Part shown: one piece after another, positions 10,526-24,690 of the stretch
How positions within the stretch are numbered: position 1 is the stretch's first letter
Layout: every line of letters starts with the position of its first letter
Assembly: GCF_009834535.1 (NCBI RefSeq)
Contig: NC_045697.1
Span: forward strand, 25,174,001-25,238,000
Source: Camelus ferus
Lineage: Eukaryota
Direction of reading: 5' to 3'
DNA length: 64,000 bases
Position numbers and translations under genes: made by a program
Notes under the pieces: generated by a model
The model's database searches: none
Seen by the model: only the letters and a program-made list of their open reading frames with translations
What the model was told of the DNA's origin: nothing

Positions 10526-10964
10526 ACCCACATCGTTCTAAGTATGATACCCAAGCGATTGCTGCCTTTCACACTGGAACTAAAGATAATGTAGGGTGCA
10601 TCTTCATGGTGCTTGTAATATACTTGGTGCAGTTTACTTATAAAAACAAACAATTAGGGAATAGTTTTAGTCGGTGTATCATAAGTGCCAGAATTAGGCT
10701 AAGAAAAATTAATGCTAAAGACCAAACCTCATAGGTGAACAACGCAGTGTACTGTGAAGCAAAGATCACATAAGAAAATAAAGATCAATCTACAATGAAA
10801 GGACAAATATAAATGGCAAATATTTTAACCTGAAAATCAATGTGTTCAACAAATCTCTAATTTTGTACTAAGAAATTTTAACCCCAAAATAAAACTACCA
10901 TTGAGAGTTAATTTTAAGAGAATATCAAATTTATTAAATATGTGGAAATTCAGTTAACATACCT

Positions 10965-12055
10965 AAATGTATAGCTTTGTTCCCCAGAAGCAGTGACTCC
11001 CCAGTAGCAGCAGTCACACCTAGTGTCCAGATGTTGGTTTCAAAACCATTTTCTAGTAAGAACTGAAGTTCCTTGAAGAAATAGCTCATTCTAGGACTTG
11101 GTCAGGAAATATACACGATGAGCCTGGAGCATCTGATAGTGTCGGAAAGTAAGAAAGTGCTAAGAAAAAAGAATGGTAGAGGTGTGACAAAGGGGCACAG
11201 GAAACTAACAGGACAAGTCAAGGAGCTCTCAGTTGGAATATCTTGAGCCACATAAAAATACAACAGCAGTATTAGATCATACCCAAAATTTAAATAAATA
11301 TCCATGTGTCCATACTGATATAAATAATGGACTGAATTAATACATACATGGAGGATAGATAAATCTCCAGTGTAGAAGAATGCCAAATAAATTAACCCTT
11401 AGGGAAATGAAGCGTATCTCCTTCGCCATAAGTGTAGAATACACATGGAGTTGCTTCCAAAGCATACTGTATGGAAATTGAGGAAAAAAGAGTGATTCCA
11501 GTGGAGAAACCTGGAGACACTACCTCAACCAGAGAATCAAGGTCAATCAGCAGTGATAAGTCACATTAGTATGTAACCTTGACATGATTTGATGAGAATA
11601 GCACGTCCCTTCCATGGTGTTTCTCCCCAAAACCAATAAGCTAGGTCTAATCAAGAAAAACACATTAATCATGTCCAAATTTAGAGAAATTCTTCTAAAT
11701 ACCCATCCAGGACTTCTCAAAAAGTGTAAGGGCAATAAAAACAAGGAAATCTAAGTAACTGTCACAGCCAAGAGAAGCCTAAGGAAATGTGACAACTCAG
11801 TATAATGTGGTATTCTGGATGGACTCTTGAAGTAGAAAATGGATACTAGGTAAAACTAAGGAAATCTGAATTTTAAAAAAGACCTAAGCTAATAATAATG
11901 TATCATAATTTATTCATTAATTGTGAAGTGTATGCTGTACTGATACATGGTATTACTAACAGGGGAAACTGGATGTGGCATATATGGGAACTCTCTTTAC
12001 TAACCTCTATTTTTCTGTAAGTCTATAATTATTATAAAATAAAAGTTAAAAAAGT
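10965..12055 (+). mobile_element. L1MC-type (L1MC3/4-like) 3' UTR
   Basis: gtagcagcagtcacacctagtgtccagat, gatgagcctggagcatct, gtggagaaacctgg, gtcacagccaagagaagcctaagg, aaataaaagttaaaaaa. Confidence 0.85.
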
Positions 12056-12059
12056 AACA

Positions 12060-13012
12060 GGCAAACGATAGTCGTGGAGAAAGTATTTGTAAAACATATA
12101 TATAGTAAAAACATGTACTTAGAGTATATAATTCTTACAACTTATTAAGAAGAGGAGAGTTAACTCATTTTTTGAGGAAACTTTGGGGAACTATAGAAAT
12201 ATTTATCTTGATTGGAGAGGTTACAAGACTGCGTACATCTGTCAAAACTCATTGAACTGTTTAATTTGTAAAGATGGATTTCATTAAAGATCATAGCTTA
12301 ATAAACCTGTCTTCAGAAAAATGGAATTATAAATTTATTTATCTCAAAATCGCAGAAAAAAAGTGAATTAAAAAACCTCGGGGGCAAATAGAAATACCAA
12401 CATGAATTCATAAATATCAATAACCACATTAAATTGAAGTGGTATAAAAACACCAATTAAGAGGTAAAAATTCTCAAATTAGATAAAAAAGCTAGACTCA
12501 AATGCTTTCTATAAAAATACTGATTCAAACTTAAAGATATAAATTGTTTAAAAGTAAAATAATAAAATACACAGTACTAACTTTGATAAAAATAAAGTTG
12601 AAAGATCTATATTAATGTCAAAGTAGATTTTATGATAAAATGTTACTAGAGATAAAAAGATGATTTTCATAATAATGAATGGATCAATTCATAAAGAAGG
12701 CATAAAAAGTATTTGTCTATGCACATAATAACATGAAAAAATTCTCAAAATTTATATCAAGTGAAAAAAGGAAAAAATAATATTTATTACACAATTCCAT
12801 TTATATAGCATTTTGGAGAAAAAAATAATCTATAGTTAAAGAGAGCATATCAGTGATTTTCTGGGTGTGGAAGTATGAGAGTAAATCGGGAGGAAAAATG
12901 ACAGAAGGTCAGAGGAAACTTTGTAGGTGATGGATGTTTGTGTTGTCTTAATTGTGATAATGTTTTCATGGCGCATATATACATCAAAATGTATCCAGTA
13001 ATACATTTTAGT

Positions 13013-13053
<41 letters not shown>

Positions 13054-13095
13054 TGTAAACCATTTATTACTTAATAAAATTATAAAAAAATAAGT
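12060..13095 (+). mobile_element. Old L1 (L1MD/ME-like) fragments: endonuclease start and 3' UTR pieces
   Basis: atatcaataaccacattaaat..ccaattaagagg (ORF2 start), tgtcaaaactcattgaactgt, attccatttatatagcattttgg. Confidence 0.7.
13021..13048. repeat. (TG)14 microsatellite
   Basis: Read directly. Confidence 0.97.
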
Positions 13096-13124
13096 AAAAA
13101 TAAATCAACTTGAAAAATTTATCC

Positions 13125-13400
13125 GACCATACCCTTCTTCTCAAAACACCTCAGTGGTTTTTCATCATACTCATTATCATCAGAAAATATTACGTTAGTA
13201 ACATTCGGAAAGGATTTAGCTCTTTTCCAACCCTCTGAACATTTCCCTGGCCTTTCTCTCAATGCCACATTCTCTCTAGCCTCAGAAGACTTGTTTTGTG
13301 AACACAGCATGTGAATTCTTGTTTCATGAAATTTATCGTTGCTATGCTCTCTACCCATTATATTTGCCCCTTGATGCTGTATGCCTTTTACTCTTGAATC
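13125..13400 (+). mobile_element. L2 fragment
   Basis: ctcaaaacacctcagtggtttttcatc..ctctagcc, a pyrimidine-rich L2-like tract. Confidence 0.5.
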
Positions 13401-14389
13401 TAAAATTTCCTTTGATTTTCTAATATGCCATTATATAAAAACTATTATTTATCAATAACAAGTTTTTCTTTCCACTGGTTAAGGATTTGCATATTTTCTG
13501 CTTTACAGTTTTAGGTAGAAACTTCCCAAAATGTAGTAGTTTCAACAGAGAGTCTTAGTTCTGTTTTTTATACATACGAATCTACTCTTTCGCTCTTAAT
13601 GAACTATGAATGTTGATTTAGTGTTCTATCATTAACTATTTGAACAGAATCTTCAGATGTTTCTAGAATTAACCAAAGGCAAGTGCTAAATTCTATGGAC
13701 AACATTTTATTATTTTACATACCAATAAATAATATAATACTGAATCTTTGTGTTACTGAGTTCTGTAGTACACGTGTAAAATATTATTTATGTTTAGATC
13801 CTAAAATTTATTTAAGATAATTGCATCAGAATTTTAAAAATAATGATTCCTCTGTTTCTTTTTGGTTTTCTTTTTATCTTGCTCTTCTATGAGCATTTGC
13901 TACATTCATGAAAATCAATTGCATAGTTTTCCATTCAGAGTCTCACTATACATAGTCTAGAATTTATCTGATTCCTGACAGTTGAAATAAACACATGTTT
14001 AATAAATATTACTTAGTATGCAACCTGCTTTGTAGTATTTTCAAAAGACCTATTAAGTTTTTTCTGCTTTGTAGTTTTCTTTCTGTCAAGTTCAGTACTT
14101 TGTATCTCCAGGAAACATTTCAATTTATTGACAGATTTAAAATTTGTTAGAAAAAAATATGCATAATGTTATAGTTTGTCATACATATGATACATATGAA
14201 TATGTATATATGATATATAACATCCTTTTTCTCATCTGGAGATTTATACATGTAAATATATAATAGATATCATTTATATTTCTGTTACATAAATAAATAA
14301 TTTACATAATTTATGATGTAATTACATACAATTTCTCCTAAATAATTTAAGCATACTATCAGTAACTGCATATTTACATTTGTTCATAG

Positions 14390-14588
14390 CTTTTTAATGT
14401 AAAATTTATATAAAATGAAATGCACAAAGCTTAAATGCATGTTCGATTGGTTTTGACAAAGTCAGATATCTTTGATATCCAAATACCTATCAAGATAAAT
14501 AAAATTGCTCTCAATTCAGAAAGGTATCTGACATCCCTTCCTGGTCAATCTCTGTCCTCATTCCCCAGAGGCAACCACTGTTCAGATT
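14390..14588 (-). mobile_element. L1MC/MD-type 3' end
   Basis: aaaatgaaatgcacaaagcttaa..ttttgacaaa..cccagaggcaaccactgttc. Confidence 0.75.
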
Positions 14589-14589
14589 A

Positions 14590-16630
14590 TTCTTCTCTGT
14601 TTCTTGTCTGATTGCTGTGCCTAAGACTTTCAATACTATGTTAAATGGATGTGCCAAGACTGGGCATCCTTTTCTTATTCCTGATTTTAGAGGAAAAGCT
14701 TTCAGCTTTTCATCACTGAGTATGATGTTAGTTGTGGGTTTTGCATAAATGGCCTTTATTATGTTGAAATATGTTCCCTCTTTACCTATTTTGGTGAGAG
14801 TTTTTATCACGAATGGATGTTGAGTTTTGTCAAATGTTTTTGTGTGTCTATTGATATGACCGTGAGATTTGTATTCTTTCTTTTGTTGATTCTTTTCTTT
14901 TGTGAGCATTGAACCTTCCTTACATCCCTGGAATTAATCCCACTTGATCATGGTGTATGATCTTTTTAATATATTCTTGATTTCATTTTCATGATATTTT
15001 GGGGGGGATTTTTGCATCTATACTCATTAGAGATCCTGGCCTGTAATTTTCTTTCTTTGTAGTGTCTCTGTATGGTTATGATAACACAGAAATTGTGACT
15101 TTGTAGAATGAATTTGGGAATGTCCTATCCTCTTCAATTTTTGGAGTAGTTTCAGAATAGGTATTAGCTCTTCTTTATATGTTGGGTAGAATTTCTCTGT
15201 GAAGTTGTCCAGTCCTGAACTTTGTTTGCTGGGAATATTATTACTACAATTTCACTGCTAATGATCAGTTCATTGAGATTGTCTATTTTTTCTTGATTCA
15301 GTCTTAGAATGTTGTATGTTTCTAGAAATTTGTCTGTTTCTTTTGGGTTGTCCAATATGTTGACATATAACTGTTCATAGCATTTCCTTATTTTTTTAAA
15401 TTTCTGTGGTATTTGTTGTTGTCCTTCTCTTTCACTTCTAGTTTTGCTCATTTGGGTCCTCTTTTCTTGTTAATGAGTGTGGCTAATGGTTTGTCAATTT
15501 TATTTATCTTTTTAAAGAACCAGCATTTGATTTTATTGATCTTTTCTATTTTTTTGTAATCATTTTATGTCCTCTCTGATCTTTATATTTCCTTCCTTCT
15601 GCTGACTTTGGGATTTGTTTACTTTCCTTTTTCTAATTTCTTTAGATGGAATGCTAGGTAGATTATTTGAGATTTTTCTTGTTTATTGAGTCAGGCCTAT
15701 ATTGCTATGAACTTCCCTCTTAGGACAACTTTTGCTGCACGCAGTAGAATTTGGAAAGTTTTGTTTCCTTTTTCATTTGTCTTGAGGTATTTTTCTGATT
15801 TCCTCTTTGATGTCTTCATTGACTTACTAAGTTTTTAGTGGCATGTTGTTTAGTATGCATGTGTTTGTGATTTTCCCATTTTTCATCCTTTAATTGGTTT
15901 ATAGTTTCATGGAAGTGTGGTCAGAAAAAATGCTTGGTATGACTTCTGTCTTACTAAATTTGTCAAGACTTGTTTCGTGGCCTTGCATGTGATCTGTGCT
16001 CAAGAATGCTCTGTGTGCATTTGAAAAGAATCTGTATTCTGTTATTTGGGGATAGAATGATCTGTAGATATCTATTAAGTGCAACTGCTCTATTTAGGAC
16101 CACTGTTGTGTTACCGATTTTCTGTCTGGAAAATCTGTCCATTGATGTAAGTGGGGTTTTAAAAGTCCCCACTAGTATTTATTATTTTATTGTCAGTTTT
16201 TCCATTTATGTCTGTTAATATTACTTTATACATTTTGGTGCTCCTCTATTGGGTATATATATAATTAGTATAATATCCTCTTTTTATTTTGAATTCTTTG
16301 TCATTATATAATGCCTTTCTTTGTATTTTGTTATCAACTTTTTAAAAAAATCTATTTTGTCTTATATGAGTATTGCTATCCATAATTTTTTGTTGTTTCC
16401 ATTTGCAGGAAATATCTTTTTTCATCCCCTCATATTCCATCTTTGTATGTTTTTAGTTCAGAAGTGAGTAAGCAGCATATAGATGAGTCTTTTTTATCCA
16501 ATCAGCCATTCTGTGTCTTCTGATTGAAGAATTAGTCCACTGACATTTAAAGTAATTATTCATAGGTATGTACTTATTTCTATTTTATTACTTGTTTTTC
16601 AGTTGTTTTTGTAGTTCTTCCCTTTTCTTT
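14590..16630 (-). mobile_element. L1 ORF2 fragment (endonuclease to RT), younger than the flanking L1
   Basis: ORF 14511-14909 ([47 protein letters not shown]), ORF 15164-15451 (YEQLYVNILDN..DKFLETY), ORF 15899-16084 (LIDIYRSFYP..YRFFSNAH..DH). Confidence 0.95.
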
Positions 16631-16654
16631 CCTTTCTCATTTATTACTTTTCTA

Positions 16655-17690
16655 TTGATTTTGCTTTTGATAATCTAGAAATGGAAATAGATTTGGCTTA
16701 TCCCTAAGTCATGAAAATATTCATCTATTTTTCTCTAAAAAATATATAGTTTAAACGTTTATGTTGAGGTTTATGATTAATCTAAATTCAATTTTTGTGT
16801 ATAATGTGATATGGGGCTAAGTTTTATTGTTTTTTCTGTGTGAATACCCAATTAATCCAGCACTATTTATCGAAAACACGTTTTTCCCCATTGGATTTTT
16901 GTGGCATATTTGTCAGAAATAAATTTACTCTATATATGTGATTATATTTACCAGGGAGATTGTAATGTACTTTTCTTTCCTCTTGATCTCACTTTCTTTT
17001 AGAATTTTTTCTTAGAATTTAGTATTAAATATACGCTGATTCATACAAAGAGTTGGAAAGTGTTCTTTCTTTCTTTATTTCCTGACACAGATTATGTAAG
17101 AGTTTTGTTATTTATGTCTTAAGCATTAGGATATGCCAGTGAAACCATTTTGTGCCTGGAATTTTATTTGAGGGTAAGTTTCAAAATAAAAATTCAGTTA
17201 TTTAATAGATATTATCCTATGAATATGTTCATTCTGTGTCAATTTTGCTAAGTTGTATTTTTAAATGGGCATATCTTCTAATTCTTTTAATTTATCGGCA
17301 TAAAAAGTGGCTAATAATAGACCTTTATTCTTTTAACATTTATCAGACCTGTGAAGGTACATTTTTGCAAGCACGTCTCTTGAATTCCTGATATTGATAA
17401 ATTTTATACTCTATTTTTTTTAATCTGTCTACCTAGAGGTTTAGCTTGCTTTCAGTCATGTTTATTAGTGTTTCAAAGAATCAACTTTTGGATTTATTAA
17501 TTTTCTCTATTGTTTGCCTCTTTCTTTCTTCCAAGTTTTGTCTCACTTTCAGAATCTACTTCTGTTCACTTTGAAGTGCCATAAGGTCATTCAATTTTTA
17601 GATTTTTCTCAAGAATTTACAGACATTATAGATGGGAGAGTTAGATCAAATAGGACCTTACTCAGCCATACCAGAATTGAAAGCCAGATA
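16655..17690 (-). mobile_element. Older, heavily deleted L1 (L1MD/ME-like) remnants
   Basis: gtcatgaaaatattc..aatttttgtgtataatgtg, gccagtgaaacca..gcctgga, tttcaaagaatcaacttttgg. Possible 5' terminus ttactcagccataccagaa. Confidence 0.7.
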
Positions 17691-19319
17691 TTAGCATTTT
17701 GAAATTTTAAAAATAATATATTTCATGTGTAAAAGCCTTCAGTGGAATCTACATGTCATAGTATTTTGTCTCTATAATCATGAAAAAGTACCCAAGTAAA
17801 GTTATATTAGTTTGTATTCTTCCAAGCATAATTTTCTTAGTGCACATACAATGCTACACAACTTATAAACTAAATACAGTGGATGAATGTTAACATATAA
17901 TTATCAAAGAAAATATTTTTAGAATGCATTAAATAATCAGAGAAATAAAAGTACTGTATTTATCCTCTCTATTTAGCTCACATATATGAATGAATAGTAT
18001 TACTAGAATGAGGAAAGCTTAATCATGTTATGTTCATTAATTTTGTACATGTGGATACAAACACTGAAATATTGTATTCACATAAATAAGTAGATTGGAA
18101 TTGAAGTATCTTGCTATGGTGTTTATTACTTTATTTAAATTTTTCTGTTGTATGCCATAATCATATAAAATATAAAATATTTTAATGATTCTATTTAAAT
18201 TTTGTTGAAATCCATAATTGTATATTCTCTAAGTTTCAAAATATTTTATTACCAAGGCATTGGTACAAAGTCATTTTCTTCCTCACATTTTGGAGGCATA
18301 TGTAAGAAGAGATATATTAAAACTTTATCCCATAGCTACGTATTAGACCAGTTACCCTTTAAATTAGAGACATCATGTATAACCTAAAAATGCTGTGAAA
18401 TTAAAATATTGTTATTTTAAATACTTCATTGTCCATATTTGATAAAATATTTTTATCTTGTTCCATATATGTTTCCAATATAATTTAATAATGAAATATT
18501 GTGGTTGTAATTAGTTTAATTCATAAAATCCACTTGTAAAACATGAATTTTCTTGCCAAACAAGCAAAAACTCTGCCTTACTTTCTATTAGAAAATATTT
18601 GATTTTATTATTAATGTTAACAAATACCTTAATATTCATCTTTATGACAAACATTTGACTTCTGAATTCTAGTTCTCGGGATATATGGCCATGAATTTGA
18701 CATCTAGGTAATAATTATTTTTCATGAGCAGTATGTCTTGATTCTAATAAGGCTTTAGAAATGGAAAAGATGAAAAGCCCTTCAGATTTTATTTGTCCCT
18801 TGATTAAAGGTGTCTTTGCTCATGTTAATATTGTACTTTCTAATTTACTTCTTTGAGCACTTAAGACAGTAGGGCAACATGTTACAGTAAAATTCATTTA
18901 ATTGGGAGATATACATCTTTCTTCTACATAGTGGGGTTAGGTGGTTGTGAAAGGTGAGGAAGGAAAGGGGATTGTGCACTACTCCTCATTAACATACATT
19001 TTCTCAAGCATGTGCATTTTAGGGCGTGTTACAGCTTGGGATCAGTAATCTTAGAAATTCATTGCCTTAAGCAATCCATGCCTTGTGCTCCTTGAAAAGT
19101 TTTATACTCTGGGTAACATACCCTGATTGAAAGGCACACCTAGTCTTGATGAATTTAGCTTAGCTGAGGCATCTCATCTTATAAAAACATAGAGGTAATA
19201 GAAGGGCAATAAGTGAGAAGGAATAGGGCTAAATTACAATTAAGGAAACATTTTGGGACATATAACAAAAGTAAATATATATATAAAATAACTACTGATT
19301 TTTTTTCCATCATGGATGT

Positions 19320-19505
19320 TTAGCATTCATTAGAAAGCCTCTTTCATAAAGCTACAATATGACTTTTGCCCATTTTTTTCTACTCAGTTGTCTATTTTCC
19401 TCTTATTAATTTATAGGAGTGCCTTATGCATTCTGGATAGGAGCATTTTGAGGGTTATACATGTTGCAAGTATTTTATACCACAGTTGGTGGCCTCTTTT
19501 TTCAT
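19320..19505 (-). mobile_element. Short old L1 ORF2 fragment
   Basis: cttttgcccatttttttctac..ttattaatttataggag..attctggata. Confidence 0.65.
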
Positions 19506-22500
19506 CACTTAGGGATGGAAAAGAATACTTTACCCATATTTTCCATACATATCAAGCCAGGACAAATATTCTACTTTTTATCTTTATAGCTATTAAGTTA
19601 AGCCTTTAACAAAAAGGGCACAAATAAAGCAACTGACTCTTTCATATGTCATTTTTACATGATTATCTTCCATTCTCTTGTTTATTTCTCCAGGTCTGTT
19701 AGGCAGGATTTCATTTCTTCTACAGCTAAAATTTGCAAAACTCTTGCCAGCCGTTTAGTATACAAGAAAGGGCCAATGGATGTATTCTAACAGCTTATCT
19801 TTATATTAATGAAAGTATTCCCAAATATAAGACAAACTTACAAATCATTAATATTTTTACTAAAATAGTGTTCTTTTACCAATGCAAATAAACTGCATAT
19901 TAAGAATCTAGACACGCTTTGTAAATCTCTTTGCATTTCAAATTTTCTGTGACACGTAAGAAGGAATGTTTAAAATTAAGTTGCATTTATTGGAAAGGGG
20001 TCAATGAATCATAGCAAATGTATACATTTTTCACTTAAATACTCTCTGCATGGCCACTTAAACAATTCTTTCTTCCTCCGAATAGATTCATAATCATGAC
20101 TGAGGTTTAATTCCAATAAAAGAAATTGGTTTATTGTTCAGTAAATGTGCACTATAAATGCAGAACCAAAAATATATCTAGCTAATCACAATATTTACTA
20201 GTGTCAGTGAGATTAAAATATTACATTTTTATTATCATGAAGTTGAAAATTATCCTTAAGGAAAGGCACATCCTCAAAATAAATGAGGAAAATTATAGAG
20301 CTGGCATGAGCCTAAATTGAATGGATTCTTGATGTGATGATGTAAAAATCCCTTTCCAATTAAAATTTTAATTTTAATTTAGTTCATGTAAGATCTGTCC
20401 TCGTAAAAATGTTAGATTATTATCACTCTTAGCAAGAGGTACATTACAGTTCTGTCCCTCAGATGAACTGATATTAGTAGTAGAATGCTCTTGAAGTCAT
20501 ATACCAGAACATGCTTTTAGTGGTGGAATGCAATGCTAAAGAAGAATTGTATTCTTTGTTAGGTATATAAGAATAATGTTTTATCGAACTTATGAAGAAA
20601 TATATCTGCCTAGAAAAACTTATAGTCAAAGAATTGACACATTTGCATTTCTTCTAAATAACCCAGACTTTTATGAGTGTGTTTGTGTGTGCACACATGT
20701 GCATGCTACTAAAAGAGACATGGCATGTAATTTTTAATTACATTTCATCAGCATCTGTAGTCAATAGCCAAAAACAAGACCTAATAGAAAAGGAACTTTA
20801 AATGCCTTTGCATTATTGCCTAAGTGTTGAATTAAATCACGTGGATGACATCTGACATATCCGCCTTCTAGTGAGCATATATAAAAATGCAAGACTGATT
20901 CATATATTAAACATATGAATGAATACGGAAAGTTTTACTTGTCAGCTAGATACTCCAGGCTTTAGATTTGTGGATGAATCCTGATATTCAGTTCAGTTGT
21001 GCTGATTTGTATGGACTCTGCCAGTGTGTCTTTCTGTAGATTTCGATTCAAAACTATGTTTACTATTGACCCCTTTAATCCACAATTTCCATTTTGTGCA
21101 GTACATTCTAGCTTTCATTAACTCTTGTTTATCTGGAGTGTTAATTTGTTCTGAGTTCAATACGTGAAAAAAAAATTTCTAAAGGTTTATTTTATTCTTT
21201 AAATTAGAATTATGTGAAAAAAGTGAGAATGACCAATATTAATATTTTAGTTAAATACTTAAACACTTAAAAAATCATAGTTATTCAGATGTAGGGGTAT
21301 AGAATAATAGAGTAAGAGTGGATCTTTGAGGTCAAATAATTCTATTACTTTTAATCCTCCTTTTGTAAATAATAGAAGTTAATAATGAATGTCTCAATAT
21401 GCAATTCTCACTTTCATTATTTTCATCTTGCTGTTGAAATTAATGTCTAGTTTGTTTTTAATCCAATACTCTATTTTAAAACATAACATCATATTTAGAC
21501 TTTAACAAATAGCACATTATGTATAATTTTTAAATTGCCTATCACAGTGTTGTTATTTCTCCATAAAACAAAGCAGCAGTTAATTATCTATAGGAGGTTT
21601 TCCACTTTGAGCATAAAATAGTCATAATTAGTGTGAGTTTATTTTCATTACTCTCAGTAATGAACTCTATTTGTCAGGTAGTTCATTAAGAAAAGGAACT
21701 GAGGTATCACCCCAAATGTCTACAAATGAATCTTATTTGTTGTGTTCTAGAATTACAGTCCTCTATCCACTCTGGGATTCCAGCAGAGCTGAGGAGCTCA
21801 TACTGGTACATCAGTCACAGGAATCTTTAGAAATTGTATCTGTTTAATGATGCTAATCCATTTCAAAATAGATGTTCTAAACATGATAAAAATGACTTTC
21901 AGACTCTATACCTCCGTGCCTCTCAAATCCAGATGTTTTCCTACACTATAAAAACCCATACCAATAGACAGGGCCTGTAAAGGAATATCAGTATCTGAAG
22001 AAAAGGGCAAAAGAGCATGCCACCTTAATTCACAAAGCACCTACCTGCATATCTACAGTCTTATTTGAGCCTCAAAAATATTGTATTGGTTATTGATTGT
22101 GATTTTCCATTCAAGTTACATTCAAATAATTTTTTTAATAATTAGATACTTCACGTATTTTACTTTGAAATACTCCCCCCTCCCCATTGACTCAGTATTC
22201 CTTCTTAGGAAGGTGACTATCATTCATTCCACAGCTGACTTAAGAAAAAAAAAAGCAAGAAGTCATTTTCACATTAACATGTTGAGTTTTTTGCATGTTG
22301 GAAGTATTCTTTAAAAAAACAGGGAAACTTACGTAATATCTAGAAGTCCTCAGCTGTAAATAGGACAATATTTATTTGGTAATCTCTTGCTGTCTTCCTT
22401 ATATAGGCAATGAATACTGAGACCTGGCACCGATGTTCAGAAAATGCAACTATCAAAATGGTGACTTTTTGAATTAAATGTTTAGATTCCTCGGGAACCT

Positions 22501-23904
22501 TGGGGTTTTGTAATATTTATGCAACTAGCTAGATGTGTGGAATCATTTCATTGAATATATGTGAGTAATGCAGCCACCGTGTTGACTTAATAAGAAGGTT
22601 ATCATTGCCAAAAGAGGTAATTCAACTCACTTTAATTACTTGGTTTCTAAAATATAAAAAAAATGAAATAAAAACTCTAAGCACAATTTAACAAAAAGAG
22701 ACTCATACAAGTGTACACACAAACACACAACTTGAATATCTTATAAAATCTGTATTTTGAAAAAATGTTTTCTGTAATAATATTAAATATTAGTTAAAAT
22801 TTGAAAGTACTTTTGATGATAAACCTGAATGGTAATATGTAATTTGAGAAGAGATTTCTATATGCAGTTCAAACTTAATTGGTTTTCACTATTGGAGTTC
22901 CCTATGTTTTCATTAATATTATTTTAAGTAGGCTCGAGAGAAATGACACAGTATTTACTAATCAATTTTCTTATTCTCTAAGCTCTATATTTAAAAATTA
23001 GATCTATTTTTTCCCCAGGAATCTGAGCCCTACTAACAATTCTTAGCCTGGAGAAGAAGGCTTGAATTTGCAGCTTACTTGCATATTTTTTCTTCTTCCT
23101 TTTGTATTTCTGTCCCTCTCATATACACATATACACAAAGAGCAATCCAAGGACTGACAAGTTCTGTCTATCCCTTCAAAGTTTTCCTTTATTCTTTGAG
23201 TTTAGATTTAACACAATACTTAATGAATGTGTAAGAGTGGAGTCTCATCTATTAAGAACTATAGATATCTGTAATGGTGCATAATTGTGTAGTCCAGATT
23301 TGTCACTATATTCAAAAGTGTCTGGTATGAAAATAGACTTACTACAAGTTTGTGGTGTTCAGCCATGTTCCCTGTAACATGACTCAAGAGGATGATACAG
23401 TATGTCATGTGAATAAAAATGTCTGTGATCCCATTTAAATTTGGAACATATTGAATTTAACACACTTAAGCAGATTTTTAGAATTGGAAGACTTCTCAGA
23501 AAAGTCATCTCATAAAGCATACTGAAATGCTCTATGTATCCATAAGGCTTTATTTATCTGCAGAAAATCTCTGGAGGCTGGTATGCAATACTGGAACACA
23601 TTTTAGGAAAAAAACACAACTATACCACCTATGAGAATAAAGTCTATATGCTGCTTGACTTAACTTTCTCACCATTACATAAATTCCAATTAATTATTTA
23701 ATTATGTACCACAAATACTGTCTTGTTCAACCATCCATTTATTTTATTTTAGAGAATTCTTACAATATTTCTAAATATTTTTCTATTTAATTATTATTTA
23801 AACTATGGGTATCACAAAGATGCATACGAGAAACAAAATGATAATTTGAAATATAATTTAATAGAAAGTAAGCAAAATCTCAAACTTTTTCTTTAAATTA
23901 TTAC

Positions 23905-24050
23905 ATAGTATCTTGTATTTATGATGTTTTATAGTTTACAAAACACTACCACACATATTCATTTTACATGTCAAAATAATTCCTTATAATTATTTTCATT
24001 TTGCAAATGAAGGAGCTGAGGCTCAGAGAATAAAATTAGTTTACTTTGGC
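23905..24050 (-). mobile_element. MIR SINE
   Basis: Antisense core cattttgcaaatgaaggagctgaggctcagaga. Confidence 0.75.
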
Positions 24051-24129
24051 ATTTTACAGATATCTGTTAGTGTTTATCAGTTAAGAACTTTTCCCTTTTC
24101 TTTTTTCTGTGCTTCTTTCAAGAATATAA

Positions 24130-24275
24130 AGTGCATCAGGATTCCTTCAATGAAAACTGAGATAAAATCAATTCAAATTGTTTTAGCCAAAAGGAGATTT
24201 AGTGGTGTCAAGTAACTGAGAAGATCAGAAGTAGAAAGAAGTAGATATGGTTTAAGTCATCGATGCAACAAAAAA
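24130..24275 (-). mobile_element. Old MaLR (MLT1) fragment hosting the MLT2 insertion
   Basis: aattcaaattgttttagccaaaaggagatttagtgg..gtaactgagaag; probably resumes after 24620. Confidence 0.5.
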
Positions 24276-24280
24276 TATGA

Positions 24281-24615
24281 TGTATTAAGCCAGGGTCTCC
24301 AGAGAGACAGAACCAACAGAATGTGTGGAGACTCAAGGAAGAGTTGAAGTTCAAATCCAAAGGAAGTTGGCTAGGAGAATTCCTTCTTGTTCAGGAGTAG
24401 TTTATTTTTGTTTGTTTGTTTGTTTTCTATTAAGGCCCTCAACTGATTGGATGAGGCCCACCCTCATCCAATAGAGGTAATTTGCTTTACTCAAAGTCTA
24501 CTGATTTAAATGTTAATATCAAAATATGCTTTCACAGAAACATCTAGAATAATGTTTGACCAAATATTTGGGCATTGTAGCCCAGCCAATTTGACACATA
24601 AAATTAACCATCACA
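24281..24615 (-). mobile_element. MLT2 (ERVL) solo LTR, internally deleted
   Basis: tgtattaagccagggtctccagagagacagaacca ... caactgattggatgaggcccac ... ttgacacataaaattaaccatcaca. TSD tatga / aatga. Confidence 0.9.
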
Positions 24616-24649
24616 AATGATTATCTAGTTTTTCTTCATCTCTTTGCCT

Positions 24650-24652
24650 ATC

Positions 24653-24683
<31 letters not shown>

Positions 24684-24690
24684 ATCTCTG
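24650..24690. repeat. TC-rich / (TTTCTC)n low-complexity tract
   Basis: Read directly. Confidence 0.85.

Noticed and set aside
14511..14909. 132-aa ORF with reverse transcriptase similarity as a functional gene or novel RT system
   Set aside because: It is an ordinary decayed L1 ORF2 fragment surrounded by stops and frameshifts.
23440..23640. Possible MIR or hAT MITE remnant (a similar MER5-like trace lies at ~60330-60515)
   Set aside because: Too degraded to assign by eye.
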